A stretch of 63,682 nucleotides of DNA, filler included, from Phoronis australis (taxonomy: Eukaryota; Animalia; Phoronida), in NCBI GenBank assembly GCA_002633005.1. It is 6 parts of 6 records of this genome, joined end to end, with 100 filler letters (N's around TTAATTAATTAA, not from the genome) between each part and the next. Parts side by side here need not be neighbours in the genome. Positions count along the whole stretch, not along the records: positions 1 to 11,786 come from NMRA01000139.1; positions 11,887 to 23,075 come from NMRA01001539.1; 4 more parts are not named here. One strand, 5' to 3'. Each line of letters starts with the position of its first letter. Within the stretch, counting starts at the first letter, position 1. Positions 1 to 12,801 of the stretch are shown in pieces. A program made the position numbers and the translations under genes. The notes below the pieces were generated by a model, which did no database searches, was not told the origin of the DNA, and saw only the letters and a list, made by a program, of their open reading frames with translations.

Positions 1-586
1 CATTCTGACCCATTTCCAATATGGCGGCGTTGCAACTCCGCTATTGAAGTGTCTCTTGACACGGATTTTGAAGCAGCTCAAGTGATGACGGGTTATAAGG
101 TTATTTAAGACGTTATAGGCAAGTATGTTTATTACGCCAAATATCTGAAAAACAAGAATTTAAATCATCAGAATTTACATGTTTTAAAGTAAAAATTCCG
201 TAGAATTCGATTTTGATTTTTATCCATCTGATATTAAGTAAATCTAGCAACTGTGCTTTTTGTAAAAATTAGCGAAAAAGATATGAGCATTCATAGCAAA
301 CAAAACGATGAATAACATGAGCAAATTTAGCTTGATATAAATGCTCAAGACAACATCTCAAAAACGCTGACACAGTTTTATGAATTGTCGTTTCGTTTTC
401 GTTTTCTGCATTTTTTCATGAAAATTATACAAGACCTATTTTTACTACCCCTAATGCAAAAGTGGACATTTTATAAACAATGCCTAACAACGTTTTGGAG
501 AACAGTGCATGCAGCATAGCAATATTCTAGCAGACACCCATAATTAATAATATCCCGCCGGTCTGTTATACAGTGTGGGTTACTTG

Positions 587-740
587 CAGGGGCGGATCCA
601 GGATTTTGAGTTAGGGGGGACAGAGTACTAGCCAGGATTTTGCCAGTCAGACATTCGCCACTCCCCTACTGCCAAATGGACTCTGGGAGAATTTTATGAC
701 GGGCCATGGTCCCCTTGGCCACCCTCTAAATGCGCCACTG
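587..740. mobile_element. hAT-like MITE (CAG(G/T)GGCGGAT termini); inverted copy at 2562-2714
   Basis: Starts CAGGGGCGGATCCAGG and ends ATGCGCCACTG. The internal sequence is the diverged reverse complement of 2562-2714. Confidence 0.7.
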
Positions 741-834
741 ACTCGGATGTATAATCTGTGATGTTGGAGGAAAGCGTTCGCGTTATCTCCTGAAAACCAT
801 TTAAGTACTGAACCAGAAAAAACGAAGACTCTTA

Positions 835-3343
835 CAACTGATTTCCTAAAGGTGGTTTAACAAAACAAGGTTTGAGACTTAAACCTGGTCTTCCTAACTA
901 TGGTCTAATTTTAGCCCAAACTAGCATTTCACCAACGTGGCTTTAAAGTCTGAAAGCCTGGTTTTGTTAGGCAAGGGAGCCGGTTTAGTAAAAACAGGTT
1001 TGAAGTATCCAAGCCACCCTGCTGTGCCGATCTGGATTAACCTGACAAAAAACTGTTGAAGTTCTTCGATGAAACCATGATCACGTGGGTATACAATGGC
1101 ACACATTAGTAGAGTCAATGCATACACTTGCGAAAAAGGTCTAAAAGAATTTTTTTCACGAGGGAAATTAAAATATAGTGTCCGTGCCCAACACACGTAC
1201 ACACATTAAAGTATTGTACTCACGATTATCCGCAACATGATAAATATCTAAATTTATTTCCATGACATTTTAGTATTCATTTTTCGCGGCCATAAGGGGA
1301 GAGACTCTTACCCGACAACATTAAATCGGAGACCAATAGAGCTGGAACTCAGAAGAATCAGAAGACGCTGTCTTTAGTCAAACCCGTAGCGCTTACGACG
1401 ATGACGCTCTGCTCGACCAGTTGTATTCTGAGGAATCCACAGGGCACCATCCAGCCCGTACTGGTCTACACATAGGCGGATAAAAGGGGGTCAAGGGATC
1501 CGGACAACCTTTTTCTGTTGACTTTAGTGATATCAAATCTATAATTTTCAAATTGTTGACTTGGTCCCCCCTTTAAAACGTTTTTGACCGACCCCCCATT
1601 AACAATCGTGGATCCGCAATTGTTGCGTCTCGTGTCGTCGTAAAAATGAATATTGAAAATAGTTCATTTTCGCTCTCAAAATGCGTTGTAAATGCACGCC
1701 GCGGCATCATTCAGTTGCACCTATATCGTGCAAGTTGTCATATTTAGCAGTTAAACCTGGGTCTGACCAAGCCTAATTTTAAACCTGGTTTAAGATCTTA
1801 ACACAGGAATAGAGACCTACATTATTTGGTGTGATGAAAACTGACTTAGACCAGGTAAAACTGTAACAGTCGATTTCATAATGGTGGTTTAAAGTTAAAT
1901 CTAGACTTAGACCAGGTTTAAAGATAATCTGCGTATCATAAAGGTGGTTTAATTTTTAGACCAGTTGTTTTGTAAAACCTGGTTTAACTGTACTTTAGAC
2001 CAGGTCTAAGTCACTTTTATTTTCACCAATGACGTATATATTACTTAAACCCGCATTAAGATCTTAAAACAGATTTAACTTTAGACTTGGTCAGACCCAG
2101 GTCTAACACTATTAAATATGGAAAGACTTGTACGATATAGGTGCAACTGAATGATGCTGTGCAGTGCATTTACGACGCAATTCTAGAACGAGAACGGACT
2201 ATTTTCAATATTCAATTTTAAAACGACACAAGATCAAACATAGCAGGGAGGACAAAGAATATTTAAAGGGGGGATCGGATCGAGGATTTTTAAAAGGAGC
2301 GCCTGGGTCAACAATTTGAAAAATATATATTTAATACCACTAAACCCAAAGGAAAAGGGAGTCCGGATCCTTTGAACCCCTGAATTCGCCTCTACGTACT
2401 GAAGTGTGTCCTTTCCTATTTTCTCAGAATATGACGGTTGGAGCAGAGCGTCATCGTCGCGAGCGCTACGCATATGAATGAAAAGGCATCTAATGACTAT
2501 TCTGACCGAGTCCCATCTCAATTGGTTCCCGATATAAGGTTGCCGGAAAGGGGTCCTGCCCCAGTTGCGGATTTAGAGGGGGCAAAGGGGTCATGGACCC
2601 CAAAGTTCTCTCAGATTCCATCTGGTAGTTCGCGGGTGCGAATATCTGACGGGTAAAATCCTGGCTAATACTGTACCCTGCTCCCACTAACTCAAAATCC
2701 TGGATCTGCCACTGTGCCCCCCTTTGGCCGCAGAAAAGTAAAAATGATACGGGAATAAATATGTGCATTTACTGTGTAGCGGTTAATAGTGAACAAGTAC
2801 TTACATGCGTGTACTTTTGATGGACACAGACTGTATAAAATGAAAAATATCTCCTCATTGTATCCTAGATCTGCCACTTGGGCCCTCGCGTTTTTTTTTT
2901 GCATTTTTTCACTAGTGAAGTCTTGAAATTCTCTTTCTGGTCTTCATTCTGGATCAGTGTTTCTCCAAGCCTGCTGCTTACCTTAATTTGATTTGACAGT
3001 AATTTTCTTATGGGAGGCAAGATTTTTCCTCCTTAGAAAAACTTTTAGCCCTTTTCGCAAATGTCTGCTCTGTTTCTACTGCTGTGTACCATTGTGTACC
3101 TTCGTGACCAAGATTTCATTCAAGCACTTCAATAGTTTCCTTGTTGGGTAAATTCGGATCAATACAGTAGGGTGGCTTTTGGTACTTTAAGCCGAGTTTC
3201 ATGGTCTAACAAAACTCGGCATTCGGACTTATAAACCATGATGTTGAAAAATGAAAGTTACGTCTAAATATAGAGCAGGTTTAGGGAGACCATGTTTAGG
3301 TCTTAAATCTGGTTTTGGTAAACCACCTTCATGAAATCGGCTG
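835..3343. repeat. ~2.5-kb degenerate palindrome: inverted duplication of a composite Harbinger-like non-autonomous element
   Basis: 835-1155 matches the reverse complement of 3035-3343, 1160-1295 of 2715-2835, 1300-1620 of 2238-2560, and 1630-1860 of 1990-2235. The ends resemble Harbinger-MITE termini (ATTTC.TAAAGGTGGTTTAA / TAAACCACCTTCATGAAATCGG). Confidence 0.85.
2562..2714. mobile_element. hAT-like MITE inserted in the right arm of the palindrome
   Basis: CAGTTGCGGAT...GATCTGCCACTG termini. Absent from the equivalent position of the left arm (~1295-1305). Confidence 0.7.
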
Positions 3344-4229
3344 ATAATATATTATTAACATAACTATATAACCTAGTTCGCTCCAGTTGATCCCAGCATT
3401 AAGGTTGATATTTCGAGTCTGAACTAAGAAGTTGGAGGTTTACTCAAAATTTTAGCTCGAAAATAGGGGTCAACAAGTGCAAACTTGGACTAGAAACTCA
3501 CAGGCATAAATTCGAACTTAATAAAAATTGACAACTATTTTCACGTTGCAAAAAAAGTAGAACGGAAAATATTCCGAATTCGATTTCGACAACATAGATT
3601 AAAATCCCAGACTCTGGAAGGATATTTTTATCAAGATGTGGTTGCCAAGAAGAATGGATGATTTGGATGTTAAATGTATGGGACTTTTTAGTATAAAATA
3701 ACTTCCAAATCACCTAACCAAAAATGCAATATTTCGGACGCTATATTCGTGCACAGGGTTACAAGTATGTTTCGTTGTTCACTCAGGATTTCGCAATGAA
3801 CGTTTCTGCAGCTTGAAACGTATAAGTAGTAGTTTTGTTTAGTTGAGAGTAGAGTTTTGTTCCGAAGGTACGAACGTAACGGAATAAAGACTGTGAACGA
3901 TGAAAAGTGTCGTGCGTTTAACCAATTCGTATAACCGAAAACTTGCTCCCGAAAAACAGCCAGTAGTACATGTAGCTATGTGTAAATATAGTTAGTAATT
4001 TAGTAATCTTGGGATATTTTCATCTTATCTATTTCGTTCCATTGCCCTCCACATATCAATTGATTACAACATAATGATAAGAGTGCAAGGACTCTGTTGA
4101 GGATATTTTTCAATTCGTTTGCTTACATGTTTAGCAACATTGATCAGTATCTGGCCTCCTTAACTAAAATCAGTTGGTAGTAAGTCTAAATCTTCAAATT
4201 ACTAATTTCTGTCACTACGTAATTTCAAG

Positions 4230-4460
4230 CCAACTTGGCGATCCTGAAGATAACAAAACAGTCAGGCTACAAGGATGACATCAAAGCTGGCTATTCAATA
4301 CGAGCAGTAGATGGCGCTACAAGCTCATTCCCAGAAGATGAAAGAGACACGTGTACGTACACAGACTATGTGAAGAACCCCTACTGGCGAGTTTATTTCC
4401 GTCCGGACAATCACAAACTCCTTATCAAGTACGTCATGATATCAAACGCAAAATTTGGAG
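4230..4460 (+). CDS. F-type lectin (FTP / F5/8 type C-like) domain gene, internal exon A
   Basis: Acceptor tttcaAG at 4229 and donor G|GTGAGT at 4461 (phase 1). Translates NLAILKITKQS...SIRAVDG...CTYTDYVKNPYWRVYF...IKYVMISN, matching the FTP pattern NLA..K...QS/AVDG/C.HT/P.W.V. Confidence 0.85.
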
Positions 4461-4605
4461 GTGAGTGTAGCTGCACTGACAAATCTGCGAGGGGGGGGAG
4501 GGGTCAACAGTGGTGGTGATGTCTTTTTTTCTTATACATGTACATTGCATGGCAATTTTGGAGGCTAAAGCGAAACTGAACAAGGCGAGCAATGGTGACT
4601 TGGAC

Positions 4606-4724
4606 GCAAGCATTGTTAATTAAAACCCATTGGAATGTACCTTAGCAAGCATTGTTATTTAAAACCCATTGTAATGTACCTTAGCAAGCATTGTTAATTA
4701 AAACCCATTGGAATGTACCTTAGC
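4606..4724. repeat. 39-bp tandem repeat, 3 copies
   Basis: GCAAGCATTGTTAATTAAAACCCATTGGAATGTACCTTA at 4606, 4645 and 4684. Confidence 0.95.
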
Positions 4725-6533
4725 TTAGGCAAAAAAGTCGTAATCAATAAAAAATAACACTGTTGCTTAACCCGCTAAATCACGATTTCGACCAAATATA
4801 AACGCCTTGCCATTAAACCAAACGTGAATGTCAACAGGACTTGGAAATCTGTAGGTTGAAGTTAAAGGCTTTGGAGTCATACATATCACTCTCTCGTCGT
4901 ACAAGAAATATTGACAAGCGCACGGCCAAATTACGATTGTAGAAATGCATCTTCAGAAACGATACCACGGATATATTTGGCAGAACAAAGGTCTTCATAT
5001 TAAGTATGGGTTCACTAAAAGATAAATAATACGACTTATATTTCGAGTTTTACCCCGTCGTTTTCATCGTCACTGGTTAACTCATTAACTGTGTATATTA
5101 GCTTGGCGCATTGGCTGGCATTCAAGACTACTTTTATTATGACACTATCACGATACACCTACATGTATTAATCCGCGATTGCCAACGACTTGACTCGTCA
5201 TCGTTTCAAAGATGTAGAAAAAAAGCAAAATGTAACCAATGAATACTGCTAATGCTTCCATAAGACAGTGCCCGAATCAATGAGTTTGTTCGCAATATTG
5301 ATGTATAGATTTTCCCAGTACCCTTTTCCACTTCACTGAATCTGTGTAGTATTTTGGTTTGATGCTCCCAAACAGAAGCCTTACGAAATTGTCTTCGAAC
5401 GTTGGTCTCCAATGTGAAGTGGTTGGTTCCACCAGTAAATCCTACGCATACTGCATCACTGACCCACATGCAGACTTGAAAACTTTTCACGCAGAAGATT
5501 ATCGATGCACACGCCATCCAATCAATGGAGGTACACTTTCACCACCGAAACCGCAACTTCTGAATCAGATAACATGTCAACAAGTTACGTGTGGTGCTGG
5601 CAGAGGTTTACAGTCCAACAATTATTACCCCACATTGCATTTGAAAATCGACAGTAACGACGTGGTATCGATCCAGCCCCAGCGCGTACTCGGCTTTTTG
5701 ACTGCAGCTTCAATGACTACACTGCACAATATGGTATCAAATAGTGGACTGAAGACTTCAACTGAATTGCACAACTGTACAAACTGAATATTTTTTCTAA
5801 GACGCTAACAAGCAGTCTTGGAATTTCTGTGTAGTTTTCCGTAGTGAGCTTCAATTTTACTAAGGGCTTATTGCTTATTACGCTTCCCTGACTGAGCATT
5901 ACTCGGAGAACTGGAAATTACCCAAGATTTCCAGTGATTCTGATTTAGTATTTTTTGTGCCATCCAGAACAAGAATCTTGAATTAATATTTATACCAACT
6001 GAACTTAACTATCATTGCTACAGGGTTTTATACACAACGTGAGTCATTCCCAATTTTCGAGTCCTAGAAAATGTCATTAAATAATTCTATGACATATGAG
6101 TTGAAGAGAAATATTGACTGTTTCAATCGGAATCACTTAGGGACGACTTAAATCTGGGTTCCTCCTGTTAAAATGGCTAGACTGAAACGAAAGGTTGAAT
6201 CCTCATCTGAATCACTTTGGAATTGAAATTATTACCAGGCAAGCTTGTCCGGTCTTGAATTTCTGTCGATGAGCCTGCGGCTCAAGTCTTAGTTAATGCG
6301 TACATCCGCCATTTCCGAATTCACAAATTAATGGTTGCCGAACCCCTAATAAATTCTTAGGGGTTTTCTTATTTTCTAATGTTTTCGGCGTTCTTGTTAA
6401 TAACGGAAAAAAGAATCGTACTTCTGCAATAAAAGAGTAAAAGGAGACCTATTTTTTGAAAGAACATTTTTAGAACTTGATTTTGGTTGTGGTCAGAACA
6501 GAGCTATATGTAACTTATTCTTTTTTATTTCAG

Positions 6534-6755
6534 GGCTTTACCTGAATAACTTTGAAGTAACGGTGATTCCGCATCACGGCTCAGATATACGGAAGCTGTG
6601 TTATCGTTTCTATGGGCAGTTTCCGGTTGGAGGAACACGATTACTGAAATGTGACTCGCATAATCTCATAGGAGTAGGAGTTGAAATCAAGGTTTTGAAG
6701 AGAGAACGAACATATTTAGCGCTGTGTGAGGTGGCAGTGTTTCAAACTCACCCAG
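6534..6755 (+). CDS. F-type lectin domain gene, internal exon B
   Basis: Polypyrimidine tract plus cAG at 6533, donor G|GTAAAT at 6756, phase 1-1 and in frame with exon A. GLYLNNFEVTV...LC...C...GVGVEI...LALCEVAVF is the typical FTP C-terminal half (L.LCEV.V). Confidence 0.87.
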
Positions 6756-7303
6756 GTAAATTGTTGCGTTTCGGGATGTACTTGTGTACGGACGGTTCTC
6801 TTCACTGTTGTTTAAAACGATACCAATTCTTTCTTTCGCCATTGTTTAATTTCGGTGAGACCACTATAGTCAAAATAATTTTCACAAGCCAGTTAAAGTG
6901 AGAATAATTTGAAGACTCATTAGGGTTATCGGAAACGAATAGCTACAACCTGAACTGGCGACCTAAAGTGGAATTCACCACACGTCACCTATGCTCCCAC
7001 TCAAAATGCAAATTGCCAAGTAAATTATTTTCCTGGCGTATTTTACACATGGTTCCAGTTAACAAGCGAACAAGATTCGTCGTTTTCAGGCAATGCAATA
7101 AGTACATGTGAATGCCCTTAGACCAGCAACTAAGACACTCGTTTCATTTATGCTGGCTGTTAGAGTATTTGCTATATCGATGGGCGTCACTCAGAATTTT
7201 CTTGAGGGGAGCGACACCTGTTGATAACGACTTTCTCAGGGAACTGCAAACGGTTGGGAAGTGCGTGAGCTGAACGATGGTTTTATCTCCCCATAGACGT
7301 ACA

Positions 7304-8165
7304 TTTTTTAGCGCTCACATATTTTTGTGTGAGGTCATTATGCCGTCATATCTGTCCTTCCGTCCATCTCTTCGGCGTCTGCGGCTGTATCTCAAAATCT
7401 CCTGGGTGCATGTTAATACAATTTTGCAGATATGTTTTCTGTATGATTGGGAAGGCTTGGGAATTTCCAAACGGATCCAAGTACCTAGGTAGCCCCTAGT
7501 GGCATTATCGGATTTTTACGTTTGCTTCTGTATCTTCGGAGTTCCTTAACGGATGTTCACCAAACTTGGCTAATATGTATCTAATAGTACGATGACGCCA
7601 CATTACGTAATCGAGTGGATTTGGTGTATTTTGTGCCACCCGATGGCAATTTTCCTGTCGGTTTATTGGCTATCCGGCCCTCTAATGGCCAAAGCACTGT
7701 AAATGAAAATTGACATGCAAGTTCCTACTAAAATAGGACGTCTGGCGAACATTTTCGAACGGCTGCAAAGACAGGGCGTCCTACCTGTACTAGTGACAGT
7801 TTCGTTTTTTGCGTCCATGGTTTTTTCTCCTAAGCCACCTGCTAGTTCTTTGTTGAATTTGGCAAATGGATCTGAAAACCTCTATCCCGTGACACTTTGA
7901 ATTTTTTCGTTTACTTCTGTATCTTTGGAGTTCCTTGATGGATTTTGTAATGAAAATTGACAAGTAGGTTCCTATTAGTGACCCGATGACATCCTTTCCA
8001 GATGGATTTGACGTAGTGCACATGTGTACCCTTCTAGTGGCCGTTTTAATTATGTTTAAATTTGTTTTAGGCGTTCATCTCTCTATCGACGCAAGGCTGT
8101 TTTAAGTTTGGTAGCTTTGCTCAAATTTAGAGAAATACATATCAACGCCGTGTGTTGCTCTTGTT
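7304..8165 (+). mobile_element. Degenerate Helentron-type non-autonomous element (HINE), same family as 44549-46058
   Basis: 5' TTTTTTAGCGCTCACATATTTTTGTGTGAGGTCATTATGCCGTCAT, decayed GTCC microsatellite and diverged internal monomers; 3' CAACGC..GTGTTGCTCTTGTT hairpin end. Confidence 0.75.
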
Positions 8166-8389
8166 ATCATAGAAGTGGCAGAAACGATTTTGGAAGTCGC
8201 AAAATCGCAAAATCAGAGTTTCGAATCCTTTAAAATTGCAGTTGGTCAATCAACCTAAATGTAACTATTAATTTCGACAAATTGCCGCGGCAGAATTGGT
8301 CTCAAATTGCTTTGTTTTTTTAACGTAGAAAATATATATGAAACTAAATAAGGCCATCCAGATCCTCCCAATGATAACATTGTTTCATG

Positions 8390-9070
8390 AAATGTAGAAT
8401 ATAAATCGGTAAATAAAACAACAAGAATGGATCAACTGAAATTTGAAATTTTCGGATGTAATAACTTCCTTTGTCAACAAAAACAGAAATAAAGTAAAAT
8501 CAAACACAAAATGACAATTGACATATAAGATTTGGTGTAATGAATATGATACATTTTTGCGTAAAAATTCAATGACATATTTTAAGGAGTTTTTATGTTC
8601 AATCCATGAGGTTCTATTGTATTAAGTTTGTCTATCCAATATTGTTCTGTTTTGAGTCTGTGAGGGGTACTGGGGTGTTGGAGTTTTTCTATGATTTGTA
8701 CAGAAAGATCTTGGAAATTATGGTTTTTGGAATTGAAATGGTTACCTATAGTATCAGAAATGTTTTTATGTATTATGTTAAATCTATTATTACGAAACCG
8801 AGTTTGTAGATTATGTTGAGTTTGTCCTACGTATTGGATAGAACATTTTTTACAAGTTATAAGGCAAATAATATTGTTGGTGGTGCAATCAGAATAATGT
8901 TTTATTTCAAAGTTTTCATTGGTTTGGGAAGACTGGAAAAAGTGCTATCGTTGATAAAGTTACACATTTCACACCTAGTTTTGTTACAAAGGAAGTTATT
9001 ACATCCGAAAATTTCAAATTTCAGTTGATCCATTCTTGTTGTTTTATTTACCGATTAATATTCTACATTT
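8390..9070. mobile_element. Element bounded by ~92-bp near-perfect inverted repeats (MITE/foldback)
   Basis: 8390-8482 (AAATGTAGAAT...CTTTGTCAACAAAA) is the reverse complement of 8979-9070. No TSD recognised. Confidence 0.75.
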
Positions 9071-9423
9071 GTTTTTGCGAAGACGAGATGTGACTATTTA
9101 ATTTGAAAAGGTCTGGTCTAAATTTGTTACTCCTCGTGTATACCCTAACCTATTTTGACTTAGGAACAATTTCACAACGCTAAGTTGTCTAAACAAAACT
9201 GTGACGTAAGCCACTTGAACCTACATTCGGCAGTGGTCCGTTTTTTCTCGGGTGGGTAAAAATGTGCCACCCATTAAATGCATGTTTGAAGCTATGACGA
9301 ATCGCTAGAGCTCAGTGGGAACCAATAATTGACAAAAAGTTTGTTGTGCGATGATGTACTGTTTGCTCAAGAACCCTAGAATGTCTACTACAGTTTCAAC
9401 GGTACCTGTGTCAGTCTAACCCA

Positions 9424-9882
9424 TCACCCGTTCCAAACGCCAGAACACCATTCAAGAGTTTAATAAATGCAAGCCGTTACACTCTTGAAGCTCACTGTAA
9501 TATATTACTACAATACATTATACACGTAACACTCTTCAACAAGCGCACAATGAGACGGCCTTTTCTTTGAGCAACGAGTGAAGTCGCGAGACTTAAAAGT
9601 TCGGAAATAGCGGTACTTTCATCTGAGGCTGCCACTTTGTAAATTCGGCGCAAAATGCAGATTGCCGCTAGTCTCGAAGCTGAATATAAGCCAAAATCTT
9701 GGCAACAAAAGTAAATATTGACTTCATCCTGGAGCGCACTGTAACGGGCATGTAAGACTCGTTAAAGAGTGTTACGGTGTATAATGTATGGTAGTAATAG
9801 ATTACAGTTAGCTGAGAGCATGTAACGGCTAGCATTTATTATAATAGACTATTAAATGTTGTTACGGCGTTTGGAACGGTGA
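9424..9882. mobile_element. Palindromic MITE with ~120-bp imperfect inverted arms
   Basis: TCACCCGTTCCAAACGCC...GTAACACTCTT pairs with AAGAGTGTTAC...GGCGTTTGGAACGGTGA. Confidence 0.75.
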
Positions 9883-10923
9883 ACCTATTGGGCAATAAAT
9901 GGATTCCTGTGGCATAAATTCAAACAGTATTCTACATAATATGTTGTCAGATAATATTTCATTTATTTCTGAATTAATACAGACAGAACAAGAGAAATTC
10001 CTCGGCGGTTAAAGATAAATAATGGGTTATAAGCTACTAAACTGTGTACAATAGGTTATTACAATGTGTCCACTTTGGAAGTCAAGAGCAATGTTGATGT
10101 GGACGTCTTTGGACATAGATGCTTACGTCGACAAGAGAACTACTGCATAGTAGTGACTATCGGTCATCGTGGACAGAAACTGCCCGCTTGTGTCACGGGA
10201 AAAACAATATCACCATGTACCATACCCCCGTATTATGGTCAGTATTCGTGAGGATCCTTGAGATTTCCTATGAACACGTACCTGAAGTGCAGTTAACAAT
10301 ATTTAACCTTGGACAAAATATTGTCAATGTAACACAATCTCGTCGGTGAGGGATTGTACGGCTGTTGACTGCAATGAATGAAAATACCAGCCTGGTCAGC
10401 GCAATCTCAAAGATCATTCTACATATTGAAAACAGCTTGATCATTTTTACCCGTTAGGCCTAATATCGCAGCTTGTACTGGGCTGCGTTGTTGGACGCAG
10501 TTAGAAAATTGTAGTGTTCTGGGTGCGACGAGGTTGGATAATTACCTTTTAAAAGCAGCTTGAAGTGGCTATATGCGATTAGCTTTAGTGTATTCGATAG
10601 GGAGCAGGCTGTGTTTTTAAGTTTTTTGTTTTTCCGTCAGGTTGAAGTTGATAACGATAAGGGATCACATTTCTGCGAGACTTATAAACGACCGTTACGG
10701 CAACTGTTGAAAAACTCACGCTATGTTGTTCGGAAGGCAGTAGTTGCATCGTTGTCTATTATACACATCGTCTCCTAGTTATATGCACTGTAAATCATAC
10801 GTCGTTGCAGTCAGGTTTTCCATGGCTGTCATGAGTTACTCGGTACTGCAGTTACTCTGCTGCCGATAAACAGCCTAAGTATGACCCAAAGGTTTAATGT
10901 CCTTATGTACTCATTTGTTTTAG

Positions 10924-11138
10924 ATGATTTCGAATACAAAGTTGCTTGGACAGAATGGACCACCGCAGGATTTTGCGGGAAAGTTGTGTACTCTAGAGTA
11001 AAGCTGTGCAAGAACAACACGTACCATGGTAAAATTTGCCCCAGAAATCCAACGGTTAAAGACACGGAGTGGAAGTACGGACACTTGCCACCTTGTACCG
11101 TGACACCCTCCAACGTCAAGACGATTAGAGTACCCTAG
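10924..11138 (+). CDS. Probable terminal exon of the FTP gene; divergent thrombospondin type-1 (TSP1)-like repeat
   Basis: Acceptor tttgttttAG at 10923, phase 1 and compatible with exon B. WTEWT...CG...SRVKLC...C...PPC followed by a TAG stop. Confidence 0.7.
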
Positions 11139-11484
11139 TAGAAAGAAAGTAGGCGTTTGAAATTTTAAATGCATAAAATGAATTGCGAAGATGTTGTGCT
11201 CACGATATTTGGAAACACGTTATTTGTTCTTACAAGTTGATCTTTCCATCTGTTGTTGAACAACACGTCTGTACAGGTACAGTTTGCAAGGAATGCTGTT
11301 CCATGGTGTGATATTCTACAGTACCCAAAGCTGGCTTATTATGCATAAAGTGTGCAGTATCTAGTGCATCTGTCTACTGAAGGCAACCATCCCTTGACGA
11401 ATGAAATGAAGATGTAATCTACACAAAGTTCTGACGTCAACAAATATGATGTGGTTGATAGATAACCACGTCTTTAAAAACCAG

Positions 11485-11786
11485 GGGCCCGTTCCAAGAA
11501 AACTGTCTTAGCTAAGACAAATCTTAAACTTAAGTCAATTTAAAGACAAATCTTAAGTTTGTCTTAAGTCCGTTCCAAGAAAGTGATCTTAAGTTCGTCT
11601 TAAGTTTTTGACTTAAGTTTTGTCTTAAGTTTGACGTAGCTTACCGGATGTGGAAGTTTCAAAGCTTGGAGGTGGAGAAAGAAGCGCTTTTGCAGCAGAC
11701 GACATGGACAAAAGGAAGCCGAACTTTTCGGTAGCGGAGCTATCTCGCTTGGTTGCTGGTGTGGCCGAGCACAATGACGTTTTATC
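11485..11786 (+). mobile_element. PIF/Harbinger transposon end, truncated by gap
   Basis: CAG|GGGCCCGTTCCAAGAAA terminus (CWG-type target) with repeated CTTAAG subterminal motifs, followed by a Myb/SANT-like ORF. Confidence 0.75.
11704..11786 (+). CDS. N-terminus of Myb/SANT-like DNA-binding protein (Harbinger accessory ORF, NAIF1/MSANTD-like), cut by gap
   Basis: MDKRKPNFSVAELSRLVAGVAEHNDVL matches the KRKPNFS..E...LV..V..H..VL start of Harbinger Myb-like proteins. Confidence 0.72.
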
Positions 11787-11886
11787 NNNNNNNNNNNNNN
11801 NNNNNNNNNNNNNNNNNNNNNNNNNNNNNNTTAATTAATTAANNNNNNNNNNNNNNNNNNNNNNNNNNNNNNNNNNNNNNNNNNNN
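11787..11886. other. Artificial scaffold spacer (44 N + TTAATTAATTAA + 44 N); same at ~23076-23175, 41188-41287, 59273-59372 and 61911-62010
   Basis: Identical 12-mer with stops in all six frames, centred in 100-nt N runs. Confidence 0.95.
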
Positions 11887-12256
11887 TGAAATTTCATTTT
11901 GTACGTTTAAATCAAATGAGAATTTGGTAATGTTTTTGATACCTTAGTTTTCCAATTAATGATCCTTTCTTTTTGCTAAATTAAAAATATGACTGTCACA
12001 TAACCTAGTTAATGAAAGACTGGGAAAAGTCAAAATCAAATTTTGCAGACTTTCTACTTCCAGAAAATATATACCATTACTGTGTTAAAAGTCTATAGTT
12101 TTCTACATCTTTGGCTAATACACAGGCTTGTCAATAAGGTCCTACGTAACATTAATCTTGTTTTGGAGAATTTTGCTGAAATAACCTTTCATTTTTATGT
12201 TACAAATGAATGTGTTAAATATGTGAACAGTTATTCCAGTTGCAATGTGAACTAGT

Positions 12257-12801
12257 AATAATTTAGATTCACCCACAATGAGCCAGATCTATAATAACTT
12301 AGATTCACTCACAATGTGCCAGATCTGTAATAATTTAGATTTGCCCACAATATGCCAGATCTAATAATTTAGATTCGCCAAAAAATATGCCAGATGTATA
12401 ATAATTTAGATTCGCCCCCAACAACCCAGATCAGCAATAATTTAGATTTGCCCACAACATGCCAGGTCTCTAATAATTTAAGAATTGACCGCAACATGCC
12501 AGGTCTGTAATAATTTAGATTCACGCAAAACAAGCCAGACCTATAATAATTTAGATTCACCCAAAATATGCCAGATCTATAATAATTTAGATTCGCCCCC
12601 AACATCCCAGATCAGTAATAATTTAGATTTGCCCACAACATGCCAGGTTTGTAATTATTTAAGATTTGACCGTAACATGCCAGGTCTATAATAATTTAGA
12701 TTTGCCCACAACATGCCGGGTCTGTAATAATTTAGATTCGCCCACAACATGCCAGGGCTGTAATAATTTAGAGTTCACCCACAATGAGCCAGGGCTGTAA
12801 T
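12257..12801. repeat. 36-bp minisatellite, ~15 copies, with a 5-monomer higher-order duplication
   Basis: Consensus ATAATTTAGATTC(A/G)CCCACAA(C/T)ATGCCAG(A/G)TCT(A/G)TA. The order of variants from ~12369 recurs from ~12550. Confidence 0.95.

Noticed and set aside
5359-5787. 142-aa ORF inside the lectin intron
   Set aside because: No recognisable domain or convincing splice sites, and the flanking lectin exons join in frame without it.
11831-11842. TTAATTAATTAA palindrome repeated five times in the window
   Set aside because: Always centred in 100-nt N runs; an assembly spacer, not biology.
12257-12801. 36-bp periodic array as a CRISPR array or repeat-protein ORF (12369-12605, 12485-12691)
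   Set aside because: The variable parts are homologous to each other rather than unique spacers, there are no cas genes, the context is eukaryotic, and frames are broken by indels and stops.
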